NCBI GenBank assembly: GCA_045807625.1
Contig: JBJMHA010000085.1
Span: 38,831 to 102,830, forward strand
Source of the DNA: Thermoanaerobaculia bacterium
GTDB lineage: Bacteria; Acidobacteriota; Thermoanaerobaculia; Multivoradales; UBA5704
Direction of reading: 5' to 3'
Length of the DNA stretch: 64,000 nucleotides
Numbering within the stretch: the stretch's first letter is position 1; each line of letters starts with the position of its first letter. This document shows positions 25,565 to 38,500 of the stretch, in pieces. A model generated the notes under the pieces. It saw nothing but the letters and a program-made list of their open reading frames with translations, was not told the DNA's origin and did no database searches. The translations under genes were made by a program, and so were the position numbers.

Positions 25565-28210
25565 TTACGAGGCGGACAGGGAAGCCACCACCTGCTCCAG
25601 AAGCGCGATCAGAGTCGTGACGTCCGCACCGTCCGCCTGGGCCTTGCGCAGCGAGGAGGTGGCCTGTTGCAGGAAGGCGATCGCCGCCTGGGTATTGCCG
25701 TTTCGGATCTTCTCCAGCGCCCCGTTGCTGCCGTTGGGGTTTCCGAACAGGGCCTTGCGGGCCTTCTCCAGATCCTTGAGGACCTTCGGGTCCGTCGTGC
25801 CCGCGATGGCGCTGTCGAGCAGGCCGACGATCTCCTGGACCGCCTGCTGGGGAGTGACCACGCGGACGGTCGTGGATTGAGCTCCCACGCCGCCGTCGTC
25901 ATCCACCACCGAAAGCACGACCGGGAACGTGCCCGCCTGGGTGTACCGGTGCCGTTGCGACACGGCGCCGGTGCCGTCGCCGAAGGCCTCGTCGAAGGCC
26001 GTGAAGGCGGTCTGGGGCTCGACCGAGCCGTCGCCCCAGGCGAGCGTGGCGGTCTGATGATCAAGCCGTCCCGGATCGCTGAAGCTCGCGCTGGTGGTCA
26101 CCGGCACGTTGGTGAGCACGAAGGGCACCTCGACGTTCACCTGCCGCCCCGCGCTGTCGGCGACGCGGAACTGCGTGAGCTGGGGCGCCACGTTGCGGAC
26201 GTGGATTTTGGCGAACGCCTGACCCACGGGGCCCCCGGAAGGATGTTGCGCCTGCACCGGAACCGTGACGTCCGACGGACCGTCGAAGGCGGCGGCGTTG
26301 AAGGTGACGGAAGATCCCGTGGTCTCGTAGCTGCCGTTGAGGTCGAGGTCCCACGCGAGAGTGAACGGCGTGGCGTAGTACCGGTCGCAATCATCCAGGA
26401 AGTCGACCGCGTCCAATTCCTGATCGATGTCGTCCGTGCCGCCGTCGTTCAGAACGAATTTCAGGTCGGGGTCCTGGCGCGTGATCCCATCGCCGGCGAG
26501 GGTCCGCGCCTCGTCGATGGTGCCCTGCTCGTGATCGATGGCGAAGATGGAGCAGCCGGCCGGCGCGAACCACCTCCACGACCGGGCCTTGTCGGCGCGG
26601 GTGACGAGGAACGGAGGGTTGGAGAACACGATCCGGGGCTCCAGGGCGAAGAAGTTGTCGAAGTTGTCGAGATCGAAATCGGCAAAGTCGACGACCGTGT
26701 CGAACGAATGGAAGTCGGTCTCGTCGTAGAGCTGGATCCACGCCTTGGTGATCGGGGGCGCGGCGGTTCCGCTGAGGCTCACGCTGCCTCCCTCGTCGAC
26801 CTCATAGGGACCATTCACCACCGCGGTCGGCAGCAGCGTCGGGCTGCCTTCGCGCGCCATGTCCTGATGCCGCCACTCGCCGGCCTTGACGGTCTCGTCG
26901 GGCCCGTCGTTGTCATGCTCGGTGGCGTAGAAAATCAGCTCGCCGCTCGGGGTGACGTGGAAGCCGGTCGCCGCCGCGAGGTTGGCCAGCCGGGTTCCGC
27001 CGTTGCTCGGGAAGGGGGAGATCCGCTTCCCGTGGACGATCACCGTAAAGTGGACCTCCTCGCCGGGAGCGCAGTCCGGCGTGTCGCACTCCACGCGATA
27101 GAGATCGATGCGGTCGTGATCGCCGAAAATCGGATTGCCGCGGGCGCCGGCCATGTACAGGTCGCCGTTGATGCTGCCTTCCCGCAGGAATTGGAAGGTT
27201 TGATGGGAGTCCTCGACTTCCGGCACCTTGGTGCGCGCCACGAATTCCCATTGGAGATCGGGGCTCGCCAGGTCTCCGCTCGTGGAGCGGTAGAAGAAGA
27301 TGGGGTCTTCGTCCTCGAAACCGCCCTTGACCGCCAACAGGTAGCGCCCTCCGGGCAACGGCGTGACGCCGACCCCGTCGGCGGCCTGCAGGGGCTTTCT
27401 CGCGGGATCGCCCTCCGGCCCGTCGAACGGCGCGAGTTGGCTCTTGAACACCGGAGCCTCCGGATCGCTGGCGTCGAAGAACAGCACCACCGCGGGGTGA
27501 GGCGCCACGTCGTAGTTGGGGTCGGGAATCGGCGGCAGCGGGAATTGCGGGGTCGAATTCGGATTGGGAATGGTCGGCCGCTTCGGGGTATCGGCCCCCA
27601 CGGCCAGCATGTGGCCGACGAGCTGCATGCCGCCCGGATGCCCGTAGACGCGCTGCACGGGCCCGGGGCCTTCGCCGTCGCGGAAGACAAGGCCCGGACG
27701 CTTGGCCGGGTCCGGATCGCCGGGATCACCGCCCACGACCGTGAAGAAGATCGTGGCGACGTCCTCCGCGGGCGGCGCGGTGGCGTCGACGTGAACGCCC
27801 TTGCGCAGGCGGTTGCTCCGCAGGCGCTCGCGGTTCTTGTCGCGGGAGCCCATGCGGAAAACGATCAGGTTTCCGTCGCGTTTCTCGTGCGGGGAATCAT
27901 CGCACACGAGCTCGTCGGGCAGGATCGGGATGTCCGGCGTGTTGCCGCTGCGGGTGACCAGAAAGAAGGGCGTGCCGTCCGCCCCATCCACGCGGGTGAT
28001 CGCCTGATAGTGCCTGCACATGCTCGGGTTCGGCGTGGTGCTGATGTGGAATCCGAGCGGGTCCGCGCGCTCGGTCAGCGCCTGGAACTGCTCGATCACG
28101 TTGGGTACGAAGCGCATGCCGTCGGCCCGGTCGCTCTGCTGAGCGCCGGCGGGCGGCGGAGCCAGCAGCGACGCGAGCGCCGCGGCTTTCAGGAACGTCT
28201 GTATTCTCAT
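25565..28210 (-). CDS. Large secreted protein with PKD domain and conserved C-terminal helical domain
   Basis: 881 aa; signal peptide MRIQTFLKAAALASLLAPPPAGAQQ; PKD-type segment (TATLAWGDGSVEPQTAFT...HRYTQAGTFPVVLSVVDDDGGVG); C-terminal ~85 aa (AVQEIVGLLDSAIAGTTDPKVLKDLEKARKALFGN...AIAFLQQATSSLRKAQADGADVTTLIALLEQVV) similar to C-terminus of lipoprotein 14702..16378. Confidence 0.8.
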   Translation of the reverse strand: MRIQTFLKAAALASLLAPPPAGAQQSDRADGMRFVPNVIEQFQALTERADPLGFHISTTPNPSMCRHYQAITRVDGADGTPFFLVTRSGNTPDIPILPDELVCDDSPHEKRDGNLIVFRMGSRDKNRERLRSNRLRKGVHVDATAPPAEDVATIFFTVVGGDPGDPDPAKRPGLVFRDGEGPGPVQRVYGHPGGMQLVGHMLAVGADTPKRPTIPNPNSTPQFPLPPIPDPNYDVAPHPAVVLFFDASDPEAPVFKSQLAPFDGPEGDPARKPLQAADGVGVTPLPGGRYLLAVKGGFEDEDPIFFYRSTSGDLASPDLQWEFVARTKVPEVEDSHQTFQFLREGSINGDLYMAGARGNPIFGDHDRIDLYRVECDTPDCAPGEEVHFTVIVHGKRISPFPSNGGTRLANLAAATGFHVTPSGELIFYATEHDNDGPDETVKAGEWRHQDMAREGSPTLLPTAVVNGPYEVDEGGSVSLSGTAAPPITKAWIQLYDETDFHSFDTVVDFADFDLDNFDNFFALEPRIVFSNPPFLVTRADKARSWRWFAPAGCSIFAIDHEQGTIDEARTLAGDGITRQDPDLKFVLNDGGTDDIDQELDAVDFLDDCDRYYATPFTLAWDLDLNGSYETTGSSVTFNAAAFDGPSDVTVPVQAQHPSGGPVGQAFAKIHVRNVAPQLTQFRVADSAGRQVNVEVPFVLTNVPVTTSASFSDPGRLDHQTATLAWGDGSVEPQTAFTAFDEAFGDGTGAVSQRHRYTQAGTFPVVLSVVDDDGGVGAQSTTVRVVTPQQAVQEIVGLLDSAIAGTTDPKVLKDLEKARKALFGNPNGSNGALEKIRNGNTQAAIAFLQQATSSLRKAQADGADVTTLIALLEQVVASLSAS

Positions 28211-28366
28211 GATCCATCTCCTGTGTCGAAAGGTTTGCGCGAAGCGTGCGCACAGGAGAAATCGGAATGAGTGGAGAAAAGACGACAGCGAAGGATGCCC
28301 AGGAAGCGAAGAGCCGGCCGGATGGGCCCGGCCGGCTCCTCTCCTACGGAGGCTCAGCGCCGTCAG

Positions 28367-28510
28367 TTACTGCGGGCAGGACACGACGACGGAAAAGATG
28401 GTGGTGATGGTATCGGTGAAAATACCGCCGCCGACGCCGGCGAGCTTGTCGTGGTCGAGCTGGCGGAGCGTCTCGCGGGACAACTGAAGCGGCTGGAGCT
28501 TCCTTTTCAT
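28367..28510 (-). CDS. Small ORF (47 aa) with double-glycine-type leader-peptide-like N-terminus
   Basis: ATG 28510 preceded by GGAAGGAGAG RBS (~7 nt); MKRKLQPLQLSRETLRQLDHDKLAGVGGG|IFTDTITTIFSVVVSCPQ: charged leader ending in GG followed by hydrophobic Thr/Ser-rich core with one Cys. Confidence 0.45.
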   Translation of the reverse strand: MKRKLQPLQLSRETLRQLDHDKLAGVGGGIFTDTITTIFSVVVSCPQ

Positions 28511-28787
28511 GGGTTTCTCTCCTTCCAAGAGCTTGGGTTTATCGATCTTTGATGCTCGTCTGTGCCGTGCCAGTAGGGGGTGGCGACGACACCCGGATGC
28601 TCTGGAGATCGGAATTCGTGGGGAAAAGACGACAGGGGTCTTCAATCTGCCTGGATTTGGCGTTCTCGGCAGGTTGGCCCTCATTTGATCCCCACTGGGC
28701 CCGGCCCTCTTCTCCCGGCCTCCCCTCCGGCCTGACGGGAGAAGAGGGAGAAGTTAGCTCAGCTTGTCAAAAGCCCCCTCTCTCCCG

Positions 28788-31309
<2,522 letters not shown>

Positions 31310-31313
<4 letters not shown>

Positions 31314-31885
31314 TGGAGGAGCCCCGGGCGCAGGGCGTGGCGAAGGTAGATCCGTGCCTTGTCCCAATGCCGCTGCACCGTGCGCTCGCTGGACCCCCGG
31401 AGGCTGGCGATCTCGGCGAAGGTGAAGCCGCAGAAGAACTTGAGCTCGACGACTTGCGCGATTTCGGGCTCCACGGCGGCGAGCTCGTCGAGAGCCTGGC
31501 TGAGCCGCTCCATCTCCTCGGCCTCGTCCGAAGGGGTTGCGTCGCCCAGATCCTTGCCGTCGAGAGAGGTCATCGCGAAATCGCCGCCGCGCTTCTGAGC
31601 CTGCCGGCGGCGCAGGCCGTCGACGATCAAGCCGCGCATGACCCGGGCCGCATACCCGAGGAACCGGGCGCGGTCGGGGAAAGCCAGGTCCTCGCGGCGG
31701 GCCAGATCGAGATAAGCCTCATGAAGCAGGCTGGTCGCGCCGAGCGAAGCGCCCGGACCCGACCGCGCGAGCTCGCGGCGGGCGAGCCCGCGGAGCTCCC
31801 GGTAGAACGCCGAGAAAAGTGCTTCGGAGCCTTGGCCGTCGCCGCGATTGGTGGGGGGGATCGGAATTGAGAAGGAGCGTTCCAT
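31310..31885 (-). CDS. ECF-type RNA polymerase sigma factor (kinase-associated subfamily, TIGR02999-like)
   Basis: 191 aa from ATG 31885: ...LFSAFYRELRGLARRELAR...LLHEAYLDLARR... region 2 and ...AQVVELKFFCGFTFAEIASLRGSSERTVQRHWDKARIYLRHAL region 4 HTH; immediately upstream of the STK. Confidence 0.8.
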
Positions 31886-32035
31886 GGGTCGCCTCGCTGT
31901 CCCTACGGAAGCGTGCCGAGGCCGCGAAGCTTGCGGTCTCGCACTGTCGAGGAGGGAACGCTCGGGAGGGGGATTTCCCCTCACACTGGGAGGGACCGCC
32001 ATGGGCCATGCCGCGGATGGGGAACGCGCGGTGTG

Positions 32036-32272
32036 ATGTATGATAGAGCCATGCAACTCGCTACCGGTATCGTTGTGAAGGGAAAAGTCGTCGTGGAGGG
32101 AGAACCCCTGCCCGAGGGCACCGTGGTCACCATTCTTGCCCGTGAAGCGGACGAGACCTTCGAAGTGCCGCCGGAGCTCGAGGCCGAGCTTTCGGCGTCC
32201 ATTGCTGAAGCCGACCGTGGCGAGACCATCGCCGCAGACGAGCTGATCGATCGCCTGCGGCGGATCGCTTGA
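32036..32272 (+). CDS. Putative type II antitoxin (addiction-module component, TIGR02574-like C-terminus)
   Basis: MYDRAMQLATGIVVKGKVVVEGEPLPEGTVVTILAREADETFEVPPELEAELSASIAEADRGETIAADELIDRLRRIA; C-terminal acidic EIE..AE...GE.I.A.E...RL pattern of that family; stop overlaps TTG start of a ParE-like remnant. Confidence 0.55.
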   Translation: MYDRAMQLATGIVVKGKVVVEGEPLPEGTVVTILAREADETFEVPPELEAELSASIAEADRGETIAADELIDRLRRIA

Positions 32273-32403
32273 GCAAAGGTCTAGAGGTCGAGGTCACACC
32301 GCGAGCCGCGGCGCAGATCGAGCGGGCCGCGGCATGGTGGGCTGAGAACCGGCGCAGCGAACATGCTGTAGACTCTGGCAGGCTTGTTCATCTAGCGTTG
32401 TAG
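32269..32403 (+). pseudogene. Truncated ParE/RelE-family toxin gene (N-terminal ~35 codons retained)
   Basis: TTG-start ORF LSKGLEVEVTPRAAAQIERAAAWWAENRRSEHA... matches ParE N-terminus pattern (V.WTP.A..D...I..YIA..NP.AA) then diverges into low-GC sequence and stops at 32401-32403; start overlaps antitoxin stop (TTGA). Confidence 0.45.
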
Positions 32404-32544
32404 ACTGGAGAGAGGCTAGAGTAGTGGCACCAAATCCCCCTGAAGAAATGCTCTAGTCCCTTGCAGGCTATAATATGTTTGATCATGATAAGCCAAGCTC
32501 CGATGTCGCTAAGCCGGGACATTGCTGATCGAGATCGGTGAGCG

Positions 32545-35500
32545 ATGCTGGGGCTTACGGCAGCACATCGGGGTTATGAATATCAGGATCTTCTCGTCGC
32601 TTGCCGCCTTGTCGACGTACTTTTAGGCACCCTCGTCCAGGTCCATGTAGATGAGAAGTTGATTCCTGGTGACCGCTTTGACGATCTTACAACCGTAGAT
32701 ATCAGTGGTCACCGTGAGCGGATTCAATTCAAACACACAGATAACGACGACAAACCTCTAACACTCGCGACGTTTACGAGCGACGATAGAGGTCTTCGGC
32801 TTGATCGCCTCATCGCCGCGATACTCACCGACCGTTTAGGCCCAGGAAGTCATTCTAAGCATCATAGCTTTCGCGTGATTCTTCGGGATAAGCCGCCCTT
32901 AGATCCGCGCCTCACGGCCGTCCTAGCTCCCACCGCAGTTGATCCAGGGCCATTCATACCGGCCATGCCGACAATACGACTGGCCTTTGATGCTGAGGCC
33001 TTGTGGAAACACGTCGAGCAAAAGTCCAACATAGATTCACCCCCTGGTGAGGGTTATTTCGGATTCCTTTCTAATGAAGAGATGCCTATGTTGCGAGCTG
33101 ACCTCGAATGGGCGTGCCAGCACCTCATAATCGAGGTAGCGGCTCCAGCAGCAAGTGGAGACCTGACAACCCCTGAGATAGCCGAACGCCTGCTCCTAAT
33201 GCGAGTCCGTACCGACGTTGGCGCGGAGGCATACCCTAATGTGAACCGCTCTGCGATTGATGTCGCTGCGGCGATGATTGGAGCTGCCCGCGCAGCCCGT
33301 CAGAGGCGACTTATTATTTCCTCTGACGAGTTACTTCGCTGGGCGCAGTTGCGCCACGATTTCGGGGCCGTCTCACGCGCTCATCCGGTTGATCGTAGCG
33401 TCGAGGTTTTAAGAACAATAACAGTCCGAAAGCTTGCAGAGTCTACGGCTGAGCTAGCAAATATCGGAGGGCGACTTCTTGTGGTCGGTCCGCCTGGTCA
33501 AGGTAAGTCGTGGGTTTGTCAGCAACTTCTAGACGAGCTGTCATCCCGCGGATGGCTTACTTCGGAGCACTACTGCTATTTGGGCGATGCCGATGGTGAG
33601 CGATTGGCGCGAGTTCTCGCAGAAACAGTCTTTGGAAGTCTCCTCGGTCGGCTCGCTGATGCCGATCCCAGGTTAGTCGTCGACCATCGGCCACGTTTCG
33701 CAGCTGACGAGGAGGCGCTCATCGGTTGTCTCACTCGGTCCCTCCAATATGATCCGCAACGCCCAGTGGCACTTCTAGTGGACGGAATCGATCACATAAC
33801 TCGAATTCGTTCTAGAGGTGGCAACTTTGATCCTTCCTTGAACCTTGCTGAGGCACTTAGCGCCCTGGCGTTGCCGAAGGGTAGCGTGCTAATCGTCTTG
33901 AGTCAACCTGGGGTACATCTAAAGCCCCTCGAAGAGGCGGGAGCTACAACACTTACCATCCCCGGGTTAGACGAGATTGAGATTCGTTCGCTCGCTGCAC
34001 GTCTCCGTGTCGTGCCTCCGATAGGCATGGCCTCTTACAATGGCGACAGACCATTGCTCGAGACTGACGAAGCTGTATCTGAGTTTCTTTCGGCGCTAGC
34101 AGATCGATCAGCAGGCAACGCTCTGTATGCCACGTATCTTTGCAGGGAGGCCCTCCGTCAGGACTCCACACCTGCGGACCCGGCTACCATAGTGAGAAGC
34201 TTCCCTCCATTCGATGGAACACTCGAGAGCTACTATCAATACTTGCATTCAACGCTTGGTGCCGAAAGTGGGTGGGTTGCCGATGTCATTGCCTTAATAG
34301 ACTTTGCTGTCAACCGTTCCGAGTTACTTGAGATCAGGCCAGATGCATCGCATCATATCGACAAGGCTCTCGAAGTTCTTGCTCCAGTTCTCGTAGAGCG
34401 AGCTGCTCAAGGCGGCGTTCGTATATACCATGAATCCTTTGCTAGATTCCTGCGTCGCCCATTTCAGAACGATCCTATCGCGCTCGGTGCTCTCCTCAAT
34501 CTGATCGCTGCTTGGTTGGAGAGAAAAGGCTTCTTCTCAGACCCTCGAGCTTTCAGCTCTCTCCTTCCGACTCTTACCGAAGCTGGTCGCGATGCTGAAG
34601 TGGTCACTCTCATAGAGCGAGGCTTCGTGGTTCGTGCAGTAGCCGCCGGTTTCTCGGCATCTTCTATTAACAACAACCTCGCAACTGCAATTGGATCCGC
34701 AGCGCGGATCAAGAATTGGCCGGCTGTTGCCCGTTATGTAGAGCTGTCGCGAGCTGCGGATGCTTATCAGGACGAACGCTTTGATTCCAGTTTAGTGCAA
34801 TTCGCCGATATACCGATGGCGTTACTCGGACCAGGAGTTGTTTCGGATCGCTTACTGCATAACGATCGGCTTGTAATGCCCGCGAGGTCTGGGCTTCAGA
34901 TGTGTGCCGCTGTCGACGAACTCGGTGCGGTTGCACCTTGGAGTCAGTACATGAGAGGGTATCTGCGCGAAGCTAAAGCTGACAATACCTCTTATGGTGC
35001 AGAATCCGACCGCAAAGTGGCTCTGGCATGGTTGCGCGGTCGGCTTCGCCTCTCAGTGTTGTTGGAGAGCTCAGAACATCAAGCTAATCTTGGGAGCCAC
35101 GATGATGATAACGATGGCGAGCCGAATGACAGAGAATGGAACCCGGCTAGCCCGCTGGATTGGAACCGTTTAGTGCATTGGGTGAATAGGCGAAGGCTTC
35201 CTGCATTCGATGTGGTCAAGGCTATCTACGATACCTATGGCCTGCCGAGCGTGATTAAGTTTATTCGAATGCTTGATCGTCCGGGAGATATGTATTTGGC
35301 GCTCGCTGAGTTAACCATGGTTAATGGAGCTGTTGATAGCACTATCAATGCGCGACAGTGGGCAATCAATGCCGCATCTTGCGGAGTGGTGCCAGGTTCA
35401 GCGTATCGGATGCTGGCGCTTGGAGTAGATCTATCAAATCTTGCAATCTTATCTGTTAGTGATGCCCGTGATCGCTTGCTATCTCTGACGCAGGATCTCC

Positions 35501-38500
35501 AACATCGATCCGCTCAGTGGGAAGGTTCGAGTATTGGTGAGTGGCTAGATGCGTGTGCCGTTGCTGCCCGTCGAGATTTACTTGGTCTTAACTCCGCCGA
35601 GGCGCTTATTTGTGGAGAAGGATGGTACCGATGCTGGCTTCGATTCTGTGTGGCACTCGTGCGTGCGGAGTCCGCCCACGTCGCTGATCAATCAGTCCTC
35701 GCTCTGGATGCGCTCCGTTGCCTTACTGAAGACCTAAATCCTTTTTCGGGCGAGCCCCGATCGTGCGATCTTTATTCGATCCATGGACGAATAGAGGATA
35801 CAATCCGACGGGCCATGGGCCTCCTTAACGATTCTGGATGGTCGGAAGCTCTTTTGCTGCTGAGAGGAGTTAGTCGATCAATAACAACGACCATCCAAGG
35901 AGAGTTGGGCGGTCCACTTCCGCCTAGTTTGCTTCTCCGGATCGCTCTCGATGGGGCAACGCCAACGCGCCGAGAGGTTGCCACCGATTTTGTCGCAGAA
36001 GAGATTGAGAACGGATCTGCACGTCGATACTATTCAGATCTGGCAGAGTATCGTCTCCTTGGATCCCGGCTCGCGCTTGCTTCGGGTGAAAGAGTAGAAG
36101 CAACTCGACTGTGGCATGAGGCTTGTGAGATGCTTACGGCTTATGGGTGGCACAAAGATATTACAATTTACGAGCTACTTGATCCCTTGCCGGCTCTTAT
36201 TGCTGCGGACCCGGCTCGTAGCCGTAACTGCGTAGCACGCGTGCAACCGGTATGCGAGAGAGTTCCCATCCACACTGACGGAAAGGGAACTCGCCAAGTT
36301 TGGGAGCGCTGGTGGGAACTGCTAGCCAAAGCGGATCCAGTAGCCCTTGCACACCTTGCAGCAAGTCGTCTGCTATGTGAATGCAATGATCCCAACTGGT
36401 TGCTGCATGGTGCACTGGTAGACCTTTGGCGTGAGTGGCAGGAGAGAACAGATCCGATCATTGCGGGCGCTCTCCGGCTTACTCTTGATATCGCATTAGA
36501 TCCTAGAGATCCTCTCGCGCTCGCCCGTCTGACGGATCGAATTAACAGAGGCGACAGTAGCTGTAATGAGCTAATGGCTCTGCTCCTGGCGAGAGCAGAT
36601 GAGCGCCCAGTGGAATATAGCTACTCAAATAGCAGTGAGTTGCTCGCGAAAGACGATGCGCGCATGGCGGAGTTCAACCTCGTGGCGCAACAAGCGAATT
36701 TACCACAAGCTATGCCCGTTCGCGAATTCCGTGATGGAGCATCGCCGTCGCGGTCCCTGCGCGGCGCTGTACGCCGTTCCTTATCTAAAGCTGCTTTTGT
36801 CTTCACGGATATTACTGCTTGTTTTCCTGCCGGCGCTGTTGGGCTCGCTTATGCGACACGGGCATGGCGTAGCCGCCCCTATGATGCGCCAGAGGCAAAC
36901 TGGAGTGTGGATCGCTTCGCAAACATCATTGGCTACCGAATGATAGAGCTCATAAATACCGGAAGAGAGGGGGACATGGTGGCCTCACTGTTATCACTTG
37001 CCGAGGCAACGAGGTTCTATGACCAATTCGGCATACTACGAGCAGTAGCAGAGGGACTGGAGCGCCATCGTCAGCATCGCCTTGCGGCTATGGCTTATAC
37101 GCTTGCCTGGACGAGGGCGCGCAACCACGGTGGTTGGCTGAGGTTCGGAGGAGAAACTGAGATCGATTCGTTGCACCGTGCCACTCAGTTGGATCATGGA
37201 CTCGTACTCAGTGTTGTCGCGGATGAGGTTCAGAGAACTGTTGCCGGAGGTTACGGCACCTACGGAATCTCCCAAGCTCTCATCTACGGTTTTGGGGTCG
37301 GAGCACTTTCCTCCTGCGGCACCTCATCCTTAGATACAGCGTTTGGTGTATGGGACGAAATTTTTTCTGTCATTGCAAGTAGGGCACCGCGGGTACACCC
37401 GTCGGATGACCCCGATGATACGTACACTCCACCCGATCCGGATGATGGCACCGCCGCTCCAGGTGACCTGGACGCTGCGTTGGCCCTGAGCACTCTTGCA
37501 GGTCTTGCCCATCCCGCCCGTGAGAAGAAGCGGCGAACATTGTTAGCGGTGCAACTTCTATTGTCCGAACGCCCGACCCAATCAGCACTCGCCGTAGACC
37601 TTGCCCTTGCCAATCTTTCAGACCCGGCAACACTTACTTGGTTACTTCGGGTGGTAGAGCAGTCGGGTGAGCCGAGGGAGATCGTGGTTGCTAAGTGTCA
37701 GGAAACTCTTACACGACTAGCTACTGGGCCGTACTTGACGATCCGCGCACTTGCACGGCGCCTTCTGCGGGGAGCCGAACCGCCCTTGCCACCGCCGACA
37801 CCTGCGGATAGAGCGCTCGTTGAAGACTGCTCAGTAGACCTCTGGACCCCGCATGGAAATAACTATGAGCCTCTACAGCCGCCTGGACGAAATGAAGAGT
37901 TCTTGGATCTAGTGGCTGGGTTAAGGCTGGAAGAAGCCGAGTCTCTATTGCCGGGGCTTCGAAAAGGTGTGCTCACCCGCCTATCCACTGCAATCCACGA
38001 TGAAACTCGTCAGAAACGGCTGCGTGCACAACTTGATGCCTTCGCCGATCGCCTCGGTCAACAATGGCCAAATGCTTATTTGATACCAGAGCAGACTGTC
38101 GAGGAAATGCTACAACTTGTAGCAACTGGCGGACGTGCGGCTCGGATCGTAAAGGGCAACCCAAGCACTGATCCGGTGCGATGGGAAGATACGCTCGCCT
38201 CTAAGCTTCTCGACGACCCAATGCTACCGATCCGAGTTGAAGGTTGCCGACAGCCACGACCACTAATCCCACCACCACCGGCGCTTCGGGATCCAATCTG
38301 GAGTGATGTTGCGAGTGAACGTGAGCAGGTACTAGCCGCAACTTTGACAGTGGAGTCCTTTGACACTGCTGCAATTATGGCCGGAGGTCGGTTCCATGGT
38401 TGGCGAGTTATTGCTACTGTAGAGACACGAATGGTTAAGCATCCCGATCCAAATATACGCAAGGAACTCGTCGCCAAGCGCTATAGAGCCCTCGAAGTCA

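Noticed and set aside
25421-28270. 949-aa plus-strand ORF antisense to the large secreted-protein gene
   Set aside because: Antisense artefact; minus strand has signal peptide and PKD domain.
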